Origin: Candidatus Latescibacterota bacterium
GTDB lineage: Bacteria; Latescibacterota; UBA2968; UBA8231
Direction of reading: 5' to 3'
Length of the DNA: 42,945 nucleotides
Assembly: GCA_965205655.1 (NCBI GenBank)
Contig: CBDBIJ010000056.1
Location: 1-42,945, forward strand
The position numbers were made by a program, and so were the translations under genes. The notes under the pieces were generated by a model. It worked only from the letters and a program-made list of their open reading frames with translations. It made no database searches and was not told the DNA's origin. This document shows, piece by piece, positions 1 through 10,286 of the stretch (position 1 is its first letter; the number at the start of each line of letters is the position of its first letter).

Positions 1-137
1 AGATCGCGCACGTCATCGCTCACTACGACGACTACGACAGGCAGGCCATCCGTCAGTTCGCCCGGGAGCGCTACGATTACCGCACGATCGCATCGAGCAT
101 CAAGGACGTCTACGACGAGGTGGTAGCGGCACGCTGA
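1..137 (+). CDS. Glycosyltransferase (GT4-like), C-terminal fragment at window edge
   Basis: Frame 3 reads IAHVIAHYDDYDRQAIRQFARERYDYRTIASSIKDVYDEVVAAR*, typical of a GT-B/GT4 C-terminal helix; lies next to other glycosyltransferases. Confidence 0.6.
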   Translation, partial: IAHVIAHYDDYDRQAIRQFARERYDYRTIASSIKDVYDEVVAAR

Positions 138-152
138 GCGCTTGGTGTCGCG

Positions 153-1286
153 CTATTCGAGCAGGTTGCGGTAGAACTTGACCAGCTTCACCCCCTCGGC
201 GTCCCAGTTGTACCTCTCCATAACGGCCTTTCTCCCATTGCGCCCCATTTTCCTCCTCAGCGCCGCATCTGAAAGCAGGGTCTGGACCGCCCGGGCGGCG
301 CCGTCGACGTCGAAGGGGTCGAGGGCGTAGCCGCAGCCGCACTCGTCGACGATCTCCTTCCACATGTGAAAATGGGAAACCACGACCGGTCGTCCCATCA
401 TCATGTACTCGAACATTTTGGTGGGCAGGGACTCAAGGTAGTTGGGATCGGGGTGAAGAAGAGCCAGGCCGATGTCGGCATGGTGAATGCAGCGGTGAAC
501 CTTGAGGTGCGAGATAGGGCCGGTGAGCTCGACGTTGTCGCCAATGTCGAATTCGCGAACCATTGAATCGGCTCTGCTCCGCTCGACCTCGCTGCCGAAT
601 GGTCCGACGAGCCGTAGCAGGATCTCAGGGTTGGCGGCACGGAGGCAGTGGACGAGTTCGAGCATCTGCTCGAGACCACGCAAATGCGTGATGCTGCCCA
701 CGTACACGAGGGTCGGTCGCTTCGCCTCCGTCCGCTCGACATCGAAGAGGTCGGCGTACACAGGTAACGGGTAGTTCAGAATCGGTTGAGCCTTGCTATC
801 GGGGTAGTACTTCGCGTAAGCGCGATCGGCGAGGGTGAGTCCATCGAGAAAGGGCAGCGAAGCGCGCTCGAACACGGTGTAGAAAAAGGCGATTAGGGGG
901 CGAAGAGGCCGCGGCAGCCAGCTGCGGTTGCGAATGGAGGCGGGCACGTCCTCGTGGATATCGAAAACGATGCCGACGCGGGAAAAGAGCTTGAGCAGAA
1001 TCGCCACCGGCAGAAGTTCGGGATCGTGGATGGCGATGAGAGCAGCATCCTGGGCCCGGGCGAGTCGAAAGATCTCGATCGTCTGCAGCATGCGCCGCAA
1101 GCGATTCGCAGGGCGAGGCAACGAGATGACGCGGATCCCATCGGTGTTGCTGGGCGTCGCATCTTCTAGGGCGATGACGACGACGTCGAAGCCTGCCCGC
1201 GCCAGGGTTCGGGCTTCAGCCTGAAACATGCGCACATCGAAGGTGAAATGGACCGAGCTGAGAATGCAGATACGCGGGGGCGGCAT
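153..1286 (-). CDS. Glycosyltransferase family 4 protein
   Basis: ICILSSVH...DVRMF, HDPELL, DIHED, YVGSIT..RGL, PTKMFEYMMMGRPVVVS motifs; start taken at ATG of MPPPRICIL. Confidence 0.9.
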   Translation of the reverse strand: MPPPRICILSSVHFTFDVRMFQAEARTLARAGFDVVVIALEDATPSNTDGIRVISLPRPANRLRRMLQTIEIFRLARAQDAALIAIHDPELLPVAILLKLFSRVGIVFDIHEDVPASIRNRSWLPRPLRPLIAFFYTVFERASLPFLDGLTLADRAYAKYYPDSKAQPILNYPLPVYADLFDVERTEAKRPTLVYVGSITHLRGLEQMLELVHCLRAANPEILLRLVGPFGSEVERSRADSMVREFDIGDNVELTGPISHLKVHRCIHHADIGLALLHPDPNYLESLPTKMFEYMMMGRPVVVSHFHMWKEIVDECGCGYALDPFDVDGAARAVQTLLSDAALRRKMGRNGRKAVMERYNWDAEGVKLVKFYRNLLE

Positions 1287-1295
1287 GGGCGTCGC

Positions 1296-1324
1296 TTGAC
1301 GTTTTACGGTGGCACCGTTATTGT
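1296..1324 (+). promoter_or_regulatory. Candidate sigma70 promoter TTGACG-N17-TATTGT facing the polysaccharide operon
   Basis: TTGACG at 1296-1301, 17-nt spacer, TATTGT at 1319-1324, in a divergent intergenic region. Confidence 0.45.
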
Positions 1325-1351
1325 GGAAAATTGGTGTAACGCTGCGTAGCA

Positions 1352-2400
1352 TCAACTTTGAAGTGCGACACTCAGGGATTGTAGCACTCCTCTGGGGTTA
1401 GATATCCGAGTCGTTTTCGTGGTCTTCGGTTGAGTTTTCGTGCGATGGCGTTGCAGTCGTACTGGGTGAGGTCGGCCATGCTTTTTTTCTTGGACAAGTA
1501 CTGTCGAATGAGGCCATTGGTGTTCTCGTTGGTGCCTCGTTCCCAGGCGTGATGGGGATTGGCGAAGTAGAAGCGGGTATCGGTGACGCGCTCGATGTCG
1601 GCGTAGCTGTGGAATTCGGTTCCGTTGTCTGCGGTGATGGTGTGTACGGGGCGGGGTTGGCGGTGGATGAGCTGGAGAGTCCGTCGGCTGAGCTCGTCGG
1701 CCGTTCGCGCGTTGAGCTTTCCGATCTCGACGTACCCGGTCTTTCGTTCCACGAGGGTGACGACGCACGGCCTGCCGTCGCCGAGCATTGTGTCGGCCTC
1801 CCAGTGTCCGACGCGGGAGCGGTTGTCGGCCGCGGCGGGTCGGTCCTCGATCGGCCTCTTTCCGGCCAGTCGTCCTCGAGAGTCGTAGGTGCCGTGTCGC
1901 TTACGTCGTAGTTTGGTGGCGCCGCGCAGGTGCTGGTAGAGGGAGCCACCGCGTCGTTTGTCAGCCCAGACGTGACGATAAATGGTCTCGTGGCTGATCT
2001 CGAGGATTCGGTAGCGACGGAGCCATCCAGCGATCTGCTCGGGGCTCCAGTCGTTCTTGAGCAGTTCCTGGACGAGATCCCAGTCAGCGGTGGAGAGGCG
2101 GAAGTTCCGCCGCGAGTGCGACCGCCTGGTACGCGCGTAGCCGTGCGCCTGCAAAGGCCGGTAGAATCCATCCGCTCGCCCGCGGTTGCGTTGGACCTCT
2201 CGATAGATCGAACTTGGATGCCGTCCAAGGGTCCGTGCGATCTCAGCCACGGTTACCTCTTTTCGTCTCAGTGCCCAAATGATGTATCGTTCTTCACAGG
2301 TGATCTGGTGATACGCCAACGTAGCCTCCCTTCCTTTAGCCGGGTTAGGAGACTACAGTATCCCAGATCGCCTCTTATCGCACTTAGTATGTGAATTCGC
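1352..2400 (-). mobile_element. IS30-family insertion sequence
   Basis: IS30 transposase flanked by imperfect inverted repeats (AAGTGCGA 1361-1368 / TCGCACTT 2378-2385); exact ends approximate. Confidence 0.85.
1372..2319 (-). CDS. IS30-family transposase
   Basis: HTH (IARTLGRHPSSIYRE), WSPEQI, GHWEADT, TADNGTEF, WERGTNENTNGLIRQY, LNRRPRKRLGY motifs. Confidence 0.95.
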   Translation of the reverse strand: MAYHQITCEERYIIWALRRKEVTVAEIARTLGRHPSSIYREVQRNRGRADGFYRPLQAHGYARTRRSHSRRNFRLSTADWDLVQELLKNDWSPEQIAGWLRRYRILEISHETIYRHVWADKRRGGSLYQHLRGATKLRRKRHGTYDSRGRLAGKRPIEDRPAAADNRSRVGHWEADTMLGDGRPCVVTLVERKTGYVEIGKLNARTADELSRRTLQLIHRQPRPVHTITADNGTEFHSYADIERVTDTRFYFANPHHAWERGTNENTNGLIRQYLSKKKSMADLTQYDCNAIARKLNRRPRKRLGYLTPEECYNP

Positions 2401-2430
2401 GCTGTCAAATAACAGGTACTTCAGACGGTT

Positions 2431-4162
2431 TTGACGACAAGCTCAGTAGAATCTGCCAGCGGCTCCTACCTGGGAGTCTTCGACGGCCACAACGCGGCGG
2501 CGGCCATCCTCGTCGACGGCGCCGTGCGGCACGTTGTGCAAGAGGAACGCCTCACCGGTGTCAAGAACCACTTCGGACCGCCGGATCAGGCTGTGGAAAC
2601 CGTCCTCGAACTCGCGGGTCTGGAAGCCGGCGACATCGGCGGGGTGCGCTTCGCCTCCCGGTATCTGTCGGTGCCCAGGGCGCCGGGATACATGACGGAC
2701 AATTTCGACGAGCGCTACCGCACCGACCTGCGCCGCTTTCTCCAGCGACGCCTCATTGGCCTGAAGACATATAGAGCTCACCGAGCCCGGGAGCGCATGG
2801 AGCAACGCCGGGCAGTGGCGCGTCAATGGGGGCTTCGCGCCGGAGGCAGTAAGGTTCTACGACCACCATGACACCCACGCTGCCACGGCCTACTTCGGCC
2901 TGCGACGGGATGACGATCCGTACCTCATTCTGACGCTGGACGGTGGCGGGGACGGGTTGTGCGGCTCGGTGTGGACGGCCCGCGCCGGCGAGCTCGAACG
3001 CATCGCCACGATCGAGCAGGAGAACAGCCTGGGCGAGCTATACGCGGTGACGACTCACCTGCTCGGGTTCACACCGCTCGAGCACGAGTACAAGCTCATG
3101 GGGATGGCACCTTACGCCTCTCAGAAGTACGGCGGCGAGGTGGCGAGGCTGTACGACCGCTATCTGGGGCTCGACGAGTCAAACCCGCTCAGGTTTCGCC
3201 GCCGCGTGCCGGAGCCTCTGTCGCTCATCGGGCCGCGGTTGCAACGCGATCTGGCCCGGTCACGATTTGATTCGATATGCGCCGGGTTGCAGCTGTTCAC
3301 CGAAACGATGCTGGCCAGATGGGTGAAAGCCTGTGTCGCAAGCGCTGGCATCGGCCGCATTCTCGCCGCCGGCGGGGTGTTCATGAACGTCAAGGCGAAC
3401 AAGGTTATTTCGGAACTGGAGGAGGTGGAGCAATTCGAGGCGTTTCCCTCCGCGGGGGACGAGTCGCTGCCGTTCGGCGCCTGCTATCTCGCCGCTCACG
3501 CGAACGGCACCGAGTTGCGGCCGCTCGACACATGCTATCTGGGGAATGACCTGACGCGCCAGGAATGCTCTCGAGCGGTGGAGAAGGTCGCCGCCCAAGT
3601 CGAAGTGGAAGAGCCCCCGAACATGGGTCGGCGCGTGGCCGAGCTGCTCGCCGAGGGCGAGATCGTCGCCCGCGCGTCGGGGCCGATGGAGTTCGGTGCC
3701 CGGGCTCTGGGGAATCGATCGATCCTGGCCGATCCGGTCAATCAGGACGTCGTGCGGGTCATCAACCGGATGATCAAGAGACGTGATTTCTGGATGCCCT
3801 TTGCGCCGGTGGTGATGAAAGGCGAGTCGGACCCTTACTTCAACAATCCGAAGCGGCTGTCGTCGCCGCACATGATGAATACCTTCGATACAACCGAAAA
3901 GCGCGCGGAATTCATGGCGGCCGTCCACAATGCGGATTTGACCGCGCGGCCGCAGCTGCTGGAGCCGGGACAGAACCAAGCCTACGAAGATATCCTGCGG
4001 CATTTTCATGAGCTGACAGGGCGACACGTATTGCTCAACACGTCATTCAATCTCCACGGCTTCCCCATCGTCTGCCGGGCGGATGACGCCGTTAACGTGC
4101 TGATGAACTCCGGGTTGAAGCGGCTCGTGCTGGGTCCCCTCCTGGTATCGAAAAAACGTTGA
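2431..4162 (+). CDS. Carbamoyltransferase (NodU/CmcH family), one frameshift at G5 run 2828-2832
   Basis: N-part YLGVFDGHNAAAA..QEERLTGVKN; removing one G gives WGFAPEAVRFYDHHDTHAATAY; C-part EYKLMGMAPY, GGVFMNVKAN, EFGARALGNRSILADP, PFAP, LNTSFNLHGFPIV. Confidence 0.9.
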
Positions 4163-5314
4163 ATGGAAGCGTCTGTCTTTGCGGTCGCCACGGCTCTCGT
4201 CTTTTATACCTACGTAGGTTATCCGCTTCTGCTGTGGCTGCTGACGTGCTGGAGGGCCTGGCCGCAGTATCCCGAGCCCAAGTCGTGGCCGTCTGTGACG
4301 TTTCTCATCTCAGCCTACAACGAGGGGGAAGTCATCCGGCAAAAACTTGAAAACGCTCTCGAGCTGGACTACCCCGGTCGGAGGCAGATCATCGTCGTCT
4401 CCGACTGTTCCGACGACGGCACCGACCAGATCACCCGCGAGTTCGCCGACCGACAGATAGTCTTGGAGCGGCTAGAGCAACGCTCAGGGAAGACAGCGGG
4501 GCAAAACGCCGGTGTGCGCAGGGCGGACGGAGAGATTCTCGTATTCTCGGATGCCAACAGTCTGTACGATTCGCAGGCGCTGAGGAATCTCGTCCTTCCA
4601 TTTGCAGATCCGGCCATCGGATGCGTGTGCGGCGAGTTGCGCTACCTCAACCCCGACGACGGCGGCGCCGGACACGGCGAGGGGCTCTACTGGCGATACG
4701 AGCAGTTTCTCAAACGCCGGGAGAGTCTGATCGGCTCTCTGGTGGGGGCAAACGGCTCCATCTATGCAGTGCGGCGACACCTTTTTGAAGAGCTGGGTTC
4801 GAGTATCATCAGCGATTTCATCATGCCGATACGAGTGCGACGCAAGGGGGCGCGGGTCGTCTACGCCCCCGATGCCATCGCCCGGGAGTTCAGCGCCAAA
4901 GGTTTCACCGATGAGTTGAGGCGACGCACCCGTATCGTGGCGCGGAGCCTGTACGGTCTGTGGACGGAGCTCGGAGCACTGAATGCGCTGATCTACGGGG
5001 TTTTCAGCGTTCAGATAGTGTCACACAAACTGATTCGGTGGCTCGTGCCCGCCTTTCTCATCGCCGCCCTCATCAGCAGCGGGTTGCTGGCCTGGCAGGG
5101 GGAGGTGGTTTATGGGGCGATCTTTGCGGCGCAGCTGGCATTCTACGGTCTCGCCATGCTGGGAGCTCTCGTCCCGGCATGGTTCGGGCGCCTGGGACTC
5201 TTCTACGTGCCGGCGTATTTCTGCTCGATCAATCTCGGCGCTCTTTTGGGTCTTTTCGGTTTTCTTACCGGCCGCAGGTACACCATGTGGAAAACGGTGA
5301 AGCGGCCCGGTTAG
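4163..5314 (+). CDS. Glycosyltransferase family 2 (PgaC/cellulose synthase-like)
   Basis: LISAYNEG, SDCSDDGT, FSDAN, GANGSIYAVRR motifs; N- and C-terminal transmembrane segments. Confidence 0.9.
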   Translation: MEASVFAVATALVFYTYVGYPLLLWLLTCWRAWPQYPEPKSWPSVTFLISAYNEGEVIRQKLENALELDYPGRRQIIVVSDCSDDGTDQITREFADRQIVLERLEQRSGKTAGQNAGVRRADGEILVFSDANSLYDSQALRNLVLPFADPAIGCVCGELRYLNPDDGGAGHGEGLYWRYEQFLKRRESLIGSLVGANGSIYAVRRHLFEELGSSIISDFIMPIRVRRKGARVVYAPDAIAREFSAKGFTDELRRRTRIVARSLYGLWTELGALNALIYGVFSVQIVSHKLIRWLVPAFLIAALISSGLLAWQGEVVYGAIFAAQLAFYGLAMLGALVPAWFGRLGLFYVPAYFCSINLGALLGLFGFLTGRRYTMWKTVKRPG

Positions 5315-5323
5315 TCCATAGCC

Positions 5324-6784
5324 ATGTCCACTCTCCAGGAGAAAATCCTCCTCATCCTCAGCGACTTCGCGGCGATCAATCTTGCCACCATCTTTCTGCT
5401 GTGGATGAAGTTCGTCAGCGGCACCCTGGGAACGCCGGCGTACGCCTCTCGGGAAGCCGATCCCCTCGCCAGCGGGCCTCCTTTCTCGGCAGCGCTCGAA
5501 TACTATCTCTACGATGCCCTGCCGGTCATCTACCTGTGCTGGCTAGCTCTGTTCGGTTTCTTTGGCCTATACGGCGCGCGGCAATCGCGGTCGCGACTCG
5601 ACGAGGTCATCGCCGTCTTCAAAGTCGGGACCATGGGAACACTCCTCATCCTCATCGCCACGCTGGAGAGCGGCTTTTCGCTCACGAGGGCGTTGATGGG
5701 GCTCTACTGGATGTCGATGGTCGGGTTGGTGGCCGGCGGTCGGCTCGCCCTGCGCGGCGCGCAGCGCCAACTGCTGATGCGCGAGTTCGGGCGTCGGCGG
5801 GCCATCATCGTCGGCAGCGACAGCAGAGGCCAGCGACTGCTGGAGGATCTGCGCTCGACGCCGGTGCCGGAGTACGACATCATCGGCTTCGTGAAGGCAA
5901 GACAGGAAGTGGATGAAGGAGAAGAGATCGGCGGCCTGCCTGTGCTGGGCGGCATCTCCGACATCGGCCATCTCGTGCACGAACGAGAGCTCGAGGCTGT
6001 CCTCATCGCCTTGAGGTCGAACACGCACGAGGAGATCCTGGAAATCGTCGCCGCCGCTCCCGGAGTCGAGAACGTCACCTTCAGCATCACGCCGGACCTG
6101 TACGATATTGTCACCGGACACGTGCGCACAGATCAGATCTACGGCGCGCCTCTGATGGAGCTGAAACCGCAACTGATGGCGCCTTGGGAGATGGCCATCA
6201 AGCGCTTCATCGACGTGGCGGTTGCACTCGTGGTGCTGCTGGGGTTCGCGCCGCTGTGGCTGGTGATTGCCGTGGCGATCAAGCTCGACTCGAGAGGGCC
6301 CGTCCTCTTCCGTCAGGACCGCGTGGGCAGGGGGGGCAGGACGTTCACGATGTTCAAGTTTCGCTCCATGATGGAAAGCGCGGAGAGCGAAACGGGTCCG
6401 GTGTGGGTCGGGGACGACGATCCCCGCATCACCCGCACTGGTCGCATGCTACGGGCCCTGCATCTCGACGAAGTGCCGCAGTGCCTCAATTTCCTCAAGG
6501 GTGATATGAGCCTCGTGGGCCCGCGCCCGGAGCGTCCGTACTTTGTGCAGTCCTTTGCCGAGCAGGTTCCCTTCTACATGCGGCGCTTCAACGTGCAACC
6601 AGGACTGCTTGGATGGGCCCAATCGAAGCACGAGTTCGATCTGAGCGCCAAGGATTTGGCGCGAATTGCCGGGGAGCGGCTGGAGTACGATCTCTACTAC
6701 ATCGAGAATGTGTCCCTGGCTCTCGATTTCAAGATCATGCTCCGCACGATATGGTTCGTGCTGTCAGGTAAGAGTACCAGGTAG
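5324..6784 (+). CDS. Undecaprenyl-phosphate glycosylphosphotransferase (WcaJ/WbaP-like priming sugar transferase)
   Basis: N-terminal TM helices, KRFIDV, FKFRSM, DDPRIT, DEVPQ..N.LKGDMSLVGPRPE, DLYYIEN motifs. Confidence 0.93.
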   Translation: MSTLQEKILLILSDFAAINLATIFLLWMKFVSGTLGTPAYASREADPLASGPPFSAALEYYLYDALPVIYLCWLALFGFFGLYGARQSRSRLDEVIAVFKVGTMGTLLILIATLESGFSLTRALMGLYWMSMVGLVAGGRLALRGAQRQLLMREFGRRRAIIVGSDSRGQRLLEDLRSTPVPEYDIIGFVKARQEVDEGEEIGGLPVLGGISDIGHLVHERELEAVLIALRSNTHEEILEIVAAAPGVENVTFSITPDLYDIVTGHVRTDQIYGAPLMELKPQLMAPWEMAIKRFIDVAVALVVLLGFAPLWLVIAVAIKLDSRGPVLFRQDRVGRGGRTFTMFKFRSMMESAESETGPVWVGDDDPRITRTGRMLRALHLDEVPQCLNFLKGDMSLVGPRPERPYFVQSFAEQVPFYMRRFNVQPGLLGWAQSKHEFDLSAKDLARIAGERLEYDLYYIENVSLALDFKIMLRTIWFVLSGKSTR

Positions 6785-6817
6785 ATCAGTACACCCGGCC
6801 TACCGTACCCATCCACC

Positions 6818-7636
6818 TTATTCGGCAGTCGCGTAGACGGTGCTCAAGATGAGTATCCCGAGAAGTATGCGGTAGTAGGCGAACCAGTGGGTGCCGTGCC
6901 GCTGCAGGAACCGTAGGAGAAAGCCGATCGTCACGTAGCCGCTCACGGCGGCGACGAGAATGCCGACAGCGAGGCTGGACATTTCATCACCGCCGGGCTG
7001 CGCTTGCATGAGCTCCACCAGTTTGAACACGCCGCTGCCGCTGATGGCGGGGAGTCCGAGAATGAAAGAAAAACGCGCCGCCTCGTCTCGCTTGAGCCCG
7101 ACGAACAAACCACCCATGATGGTGGAGCCGGAGCGTGAGCAACCGGGTATCAGGGCGAGGGTCTGGCACAGCCCGATAAGCTGGATATGCCAGAAGCGGA
7201 GGCTGGCCATCGGTTTCTCCTTCTTGCCGAGACGTTCGGCGATGAGCAACATGATCGCGAGCACGATCAAAGCGGTGGCGACGACGGGCAGGCTACGAAA
7301 TTCGCTGTCGATGAGGTCCCGCAGGCCGAGCCCCAGAGCGGCAACAGGAATCGTTCCCGTGACGATGGACCAAGCGATGATGGAATCGGTACTGTGACGC
7401 AGATTGCGCTGGATGAGACCGTGGAAGGCCGCACCCAGAAGTCGCCGGATGTCGGCAGCGAAGTAGATGAAAACGGCTGCGAGGGTTCCGAGCTGGATGG
7501 TGGCCGAAAAGGCGGCGCCAGGGTCCTGCCATCCGAGAAAGCGAGGCACCAGGAGTAGATGAGCCGTACTGCTGATGGGCAAGAACTCCGTGAGACCCTG
7601 AACGAGTCCGAGAAGAGCTGCCTGAAGGATTGTCAT
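6818..7636 (-). CDS. uppP: Undecaprenyl-diphosphate phosphatase
   Basis: LGLVQGLTEFLPISSTAH and PGCSRSGSTI BacA signatures. Confidence 0.95.
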   Translation of the reverse strand: MTILQAALLGLVQGLTEFLPISSTAHLLLVPRFLGWQDPGAAFSATIQLGTLAAVFIYFAADIRRLLGAAFHGLIQRNLRHSTDSIIAWSIVTGTIPVAALGLGLRDLIDSEFRSLPVVATALIVLAIMLLIAERLGKKEKPMASLRFWHIQLIGLCQTLALIPGCSRSGSTIMGGLFVGLKRDEAARFSFILGLPAISGSGVFKLVELMQAQPGGDEMSSLAVGILVAAVSGYVTIGFLLRFLQRHGTHWFAYYRILLGILILSTVYATAE

Positions 7637-7705
7637 TGCCGGGAATGTGGACGCGTGGGAATCGAGCCGAGCTCGGGCGCAACTATCCGTGCGCGATAAT
7701 CGTGA

Positions 7706-8045
7706 CTACCAGTTCAGCAGAGCAGGCTTTTGCTTTTCCCATCCATCGTCAGAAGGAAAGATAGTTTTCATCGTGACCTTTTCGGCCTCGCCGTCGAACA
7801 TCGGCTTGGCGACCGCAACCCATTCCTTGAAATGCGAGGTCTCCAGGTGAGCCTGGAATGCGGCCTCGTCGCGGTAGACTTCATAGAGGTAGAAGCGAGT
7901 GGGGATTTCCCCGTCCTGATTGCATGTCGAAGCGGTAGCAACCGGATTCATCGCGAACTGAACCCTGAGCGTCACCAAGGCTTACCTCGGCGAATTCTTC
8001 GACATGCTCTGACTTTACGTTGATGGTGACGAAAATCGAAAACAT
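7706..8045 (-). CDS. ABM/putative quinol monooxygenase, LsrG-like; frameshift near 7920
   Basis: From ATG 8045: MFSIFVTINVKSEHVEEF...SVRDESGCYRFD, then shifted frame NQDGEIPTRFYLYEVYRDEAAFQAHLETSHFKEW. Confidence 0.8.
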
Positions 8046-8180
8046 GAGGGGCCCTATTGGGTTTGGGTCGTGATGATCGGACTCAATCGCTGGGCGCGAA
8101 GGAGCGGTTAAGCTACGACAGGGAAGGTTGTTTGTAAAAACGCAGAAGTTGCGGTCACGGCGCGAGCTTCCAGATCAAAG

Positions 8181-8275
8181 TGTGTGCGAATGGAGCCACG
8201 TGTGTGCCAATGTGTGCACATGGAGAGAGGTGGGCCTCAGGCTTTCGAGTGAGCTTTGCTGGCATGGTGTTGGCT
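8181..8275 (+). promoter_or_regulatory. Phased TGTGTGC repeats plus candidate sigma54 promoter (TGGCATG-N4-TGGCT)
   Basis: TGTGTGC at 8181, 8201, 8211; GG-N10-GC at 8260-8275. Confidence 0.4.
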
Positions 8276-8285
8276 TGGCGGAGGC

Positions 8286-10286
8286 ATGCCCAGGTCACGT
8301 CTGCTCGAATTCCAGCGATTCAGTGGCTGCGGAGTCAAAGTCGCCGTCATCGACAGCGGCATCGACGCCTCACATCCGAGGATGAGGGGGGGCGTGGCAG
8401 GCGGCGTATGTCTGTCGATCGACCCGAAGGGCGGCGTTGTTTGCAGTCCAGATTTCGCGGACCTGTCGGGGCATGGAACGGCTTGTGCGGGCATCATCGT
8501 GAAGAAGGCTCCAAAGGCGGAGCTCTACGCGGTTCGGATTTTCGACAGGTCTCTGGGTACTGACGGACGATGTCTGGTGGCCGCGCTGCGGTGGGCGATC
8601 GAGCACGGGATGGATGTGGTCAATCTGAGTCTGGGAACGACGGACGTCGCCTTCCGAGATGAGCTGAGCGAGGTATGTAGCGAGGCGGCCGAAGCGGGAG
8701 CGATCCTCGTTGCCGCTGAGCACAACTGTGGGGTCGAGGAGCTATCCAGCGCTGCTGTCACAGGTGATCGGTGTTACGGCAGGGAAGGTCTATGGGCGAT
8801 ACGGCTACTTCTACAGGCCCGGAGCCCTGATTGATTGCGTCGCGCGGGGAGATGAGCAGCGACTGTGCTGGCTACAGCCCCGGGAGATCATGGCCGGGGG
8901 GACGAGTTTCGCCGCGCCTCACATCGCTGGAATCGTCGCCCTCATTCGCCAGGCATACCCCAGAGTAGGCGTAGAGGAGGTTCGCGAGATCCTTCAGGCG
9001 AACGCGTCGCAAGCACGGCCGCGCCTATCGTGTGAGGCCTGCTCCGTTTCGGGAAAGGCTCCGACCGACGTCGGCTCGTCAAGCTCGGCCGTTGGCAGTG
9101 GGCACCCGAGGCAGTCGGATGGGTTGCTCGGCTCGATTCGCAAGGCGGCGCTGTATCCCTACAACAAGGAGATGCACGGCTTCGTGCGCTTCATCGCTCA
9201 CCTGTACTTCGAAATCACCGGTATTGCCGATCCGGTGGGCAAGGGACTGGTCGGCAAGGATGCGGGAGAGGCAATCGGCCTTGCACGAGTCGGAGTACGG
9301 ATTGCTCCAAAGCTCCGCGATGTCCTCGAAGGGGCAGATACGCTCATCCTCAGCTACGTGGATGAAATGGGCCGAATTTCGAAGCGAGACGTGCTGCGGG
9401 AGTCGATCCAGATGGCCCTCGACCACGGGCTCAACGTGTTCAGTTTTCTATCCGTGCCGCCGAACACCTATGCCGAGCTCCACGAGAAAGCGCGGGAAAG
9501 AGGTCTCTGGATCCACTCTCCCACGATTACCATGGCCGATGTCCAACGCCTGCTCGAGAAACGGCCACGACGTGGAGTTGTGGATGTGCCGGTGCTGGGG
9601 GTGTTCGGCACGAGCTCGCAGCAAGGCAAATTCACGGCGCAGCTGGCACTGCGTCAGCGACTGATGGAGGCGGGATACATCGTCGGGCAGATTGGTACGG
9701 AACACCACTCCGAGCTCTTCGGGATGGATCTGGCCTTTCCAATGGGATACGCCTCGGCCTCTCGAACTGCCACTTCAGTACTACACGCCATTCGTCGATC
9801 TCGCGATGCGGGAGATTTGTTACCAGAAGCGGCCGGACATCATGATAGTGGGGTCGCAGTCGGGCACGATACCCTACGATGTCGACGAGCACGCCACCCA
9901 CTCGCTACCGACGATCGCTTTCGTGCTCGGGGCGAAGCCGGATGCTTGCATTTTAGTTGTAAACAGCATTGACGCCGACGACTACATCGAGGATACAATC
10001 AACTGTATCCGCGGCATGGCGAAGGCGCCCACCATCGCGCTGGCGATGAGCGACAAGGAGAAGCATATACGAGCCGCCTACGGGCGGAGCTGGGTGACGC
10101 CTCGGCAGATGACGGCAGAGGAGATCGATCGCCGACTACAGCAGCTGGAAGACAGGTTTCGGGCTGCCGGCCGTCGAGATTGCGTCGGATAACGGCCAAC
10201 AAAAGATGGTAGACACTGTTGTCGACTTTTTCTCGGGAATGGGACGAGATGAACGCGGAAAGATCGAGCATAAAGCGGCGGGCTAA
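8286..10286 (+). CDS. S8 (subtilisin-like) peptidase fused to DUF1611-like P-loop domain; three apparent frameshifts (~8738, ~9756, ~10160)
   Basis: Catalytic triad motifs VAVIDSGID, HGTACAGII, GTSFAAPHIAG; then ALYPYNKE..GLVGKDAG, GVFGTSSQQGKFT, GQIGTE, VGSQSG; GGAGG RBS before ATG 8286. Confidence 0.8.

Noticed and set aside
8128..8385. Cys-rich short ORFs upstream of the S8 gene as a RiPP precursor
   Set aside because: Cys codons come from TGTGTG DNA repeats and appear in all three frames; the longer ORFs run into the S8 gene and show no leader-like segment
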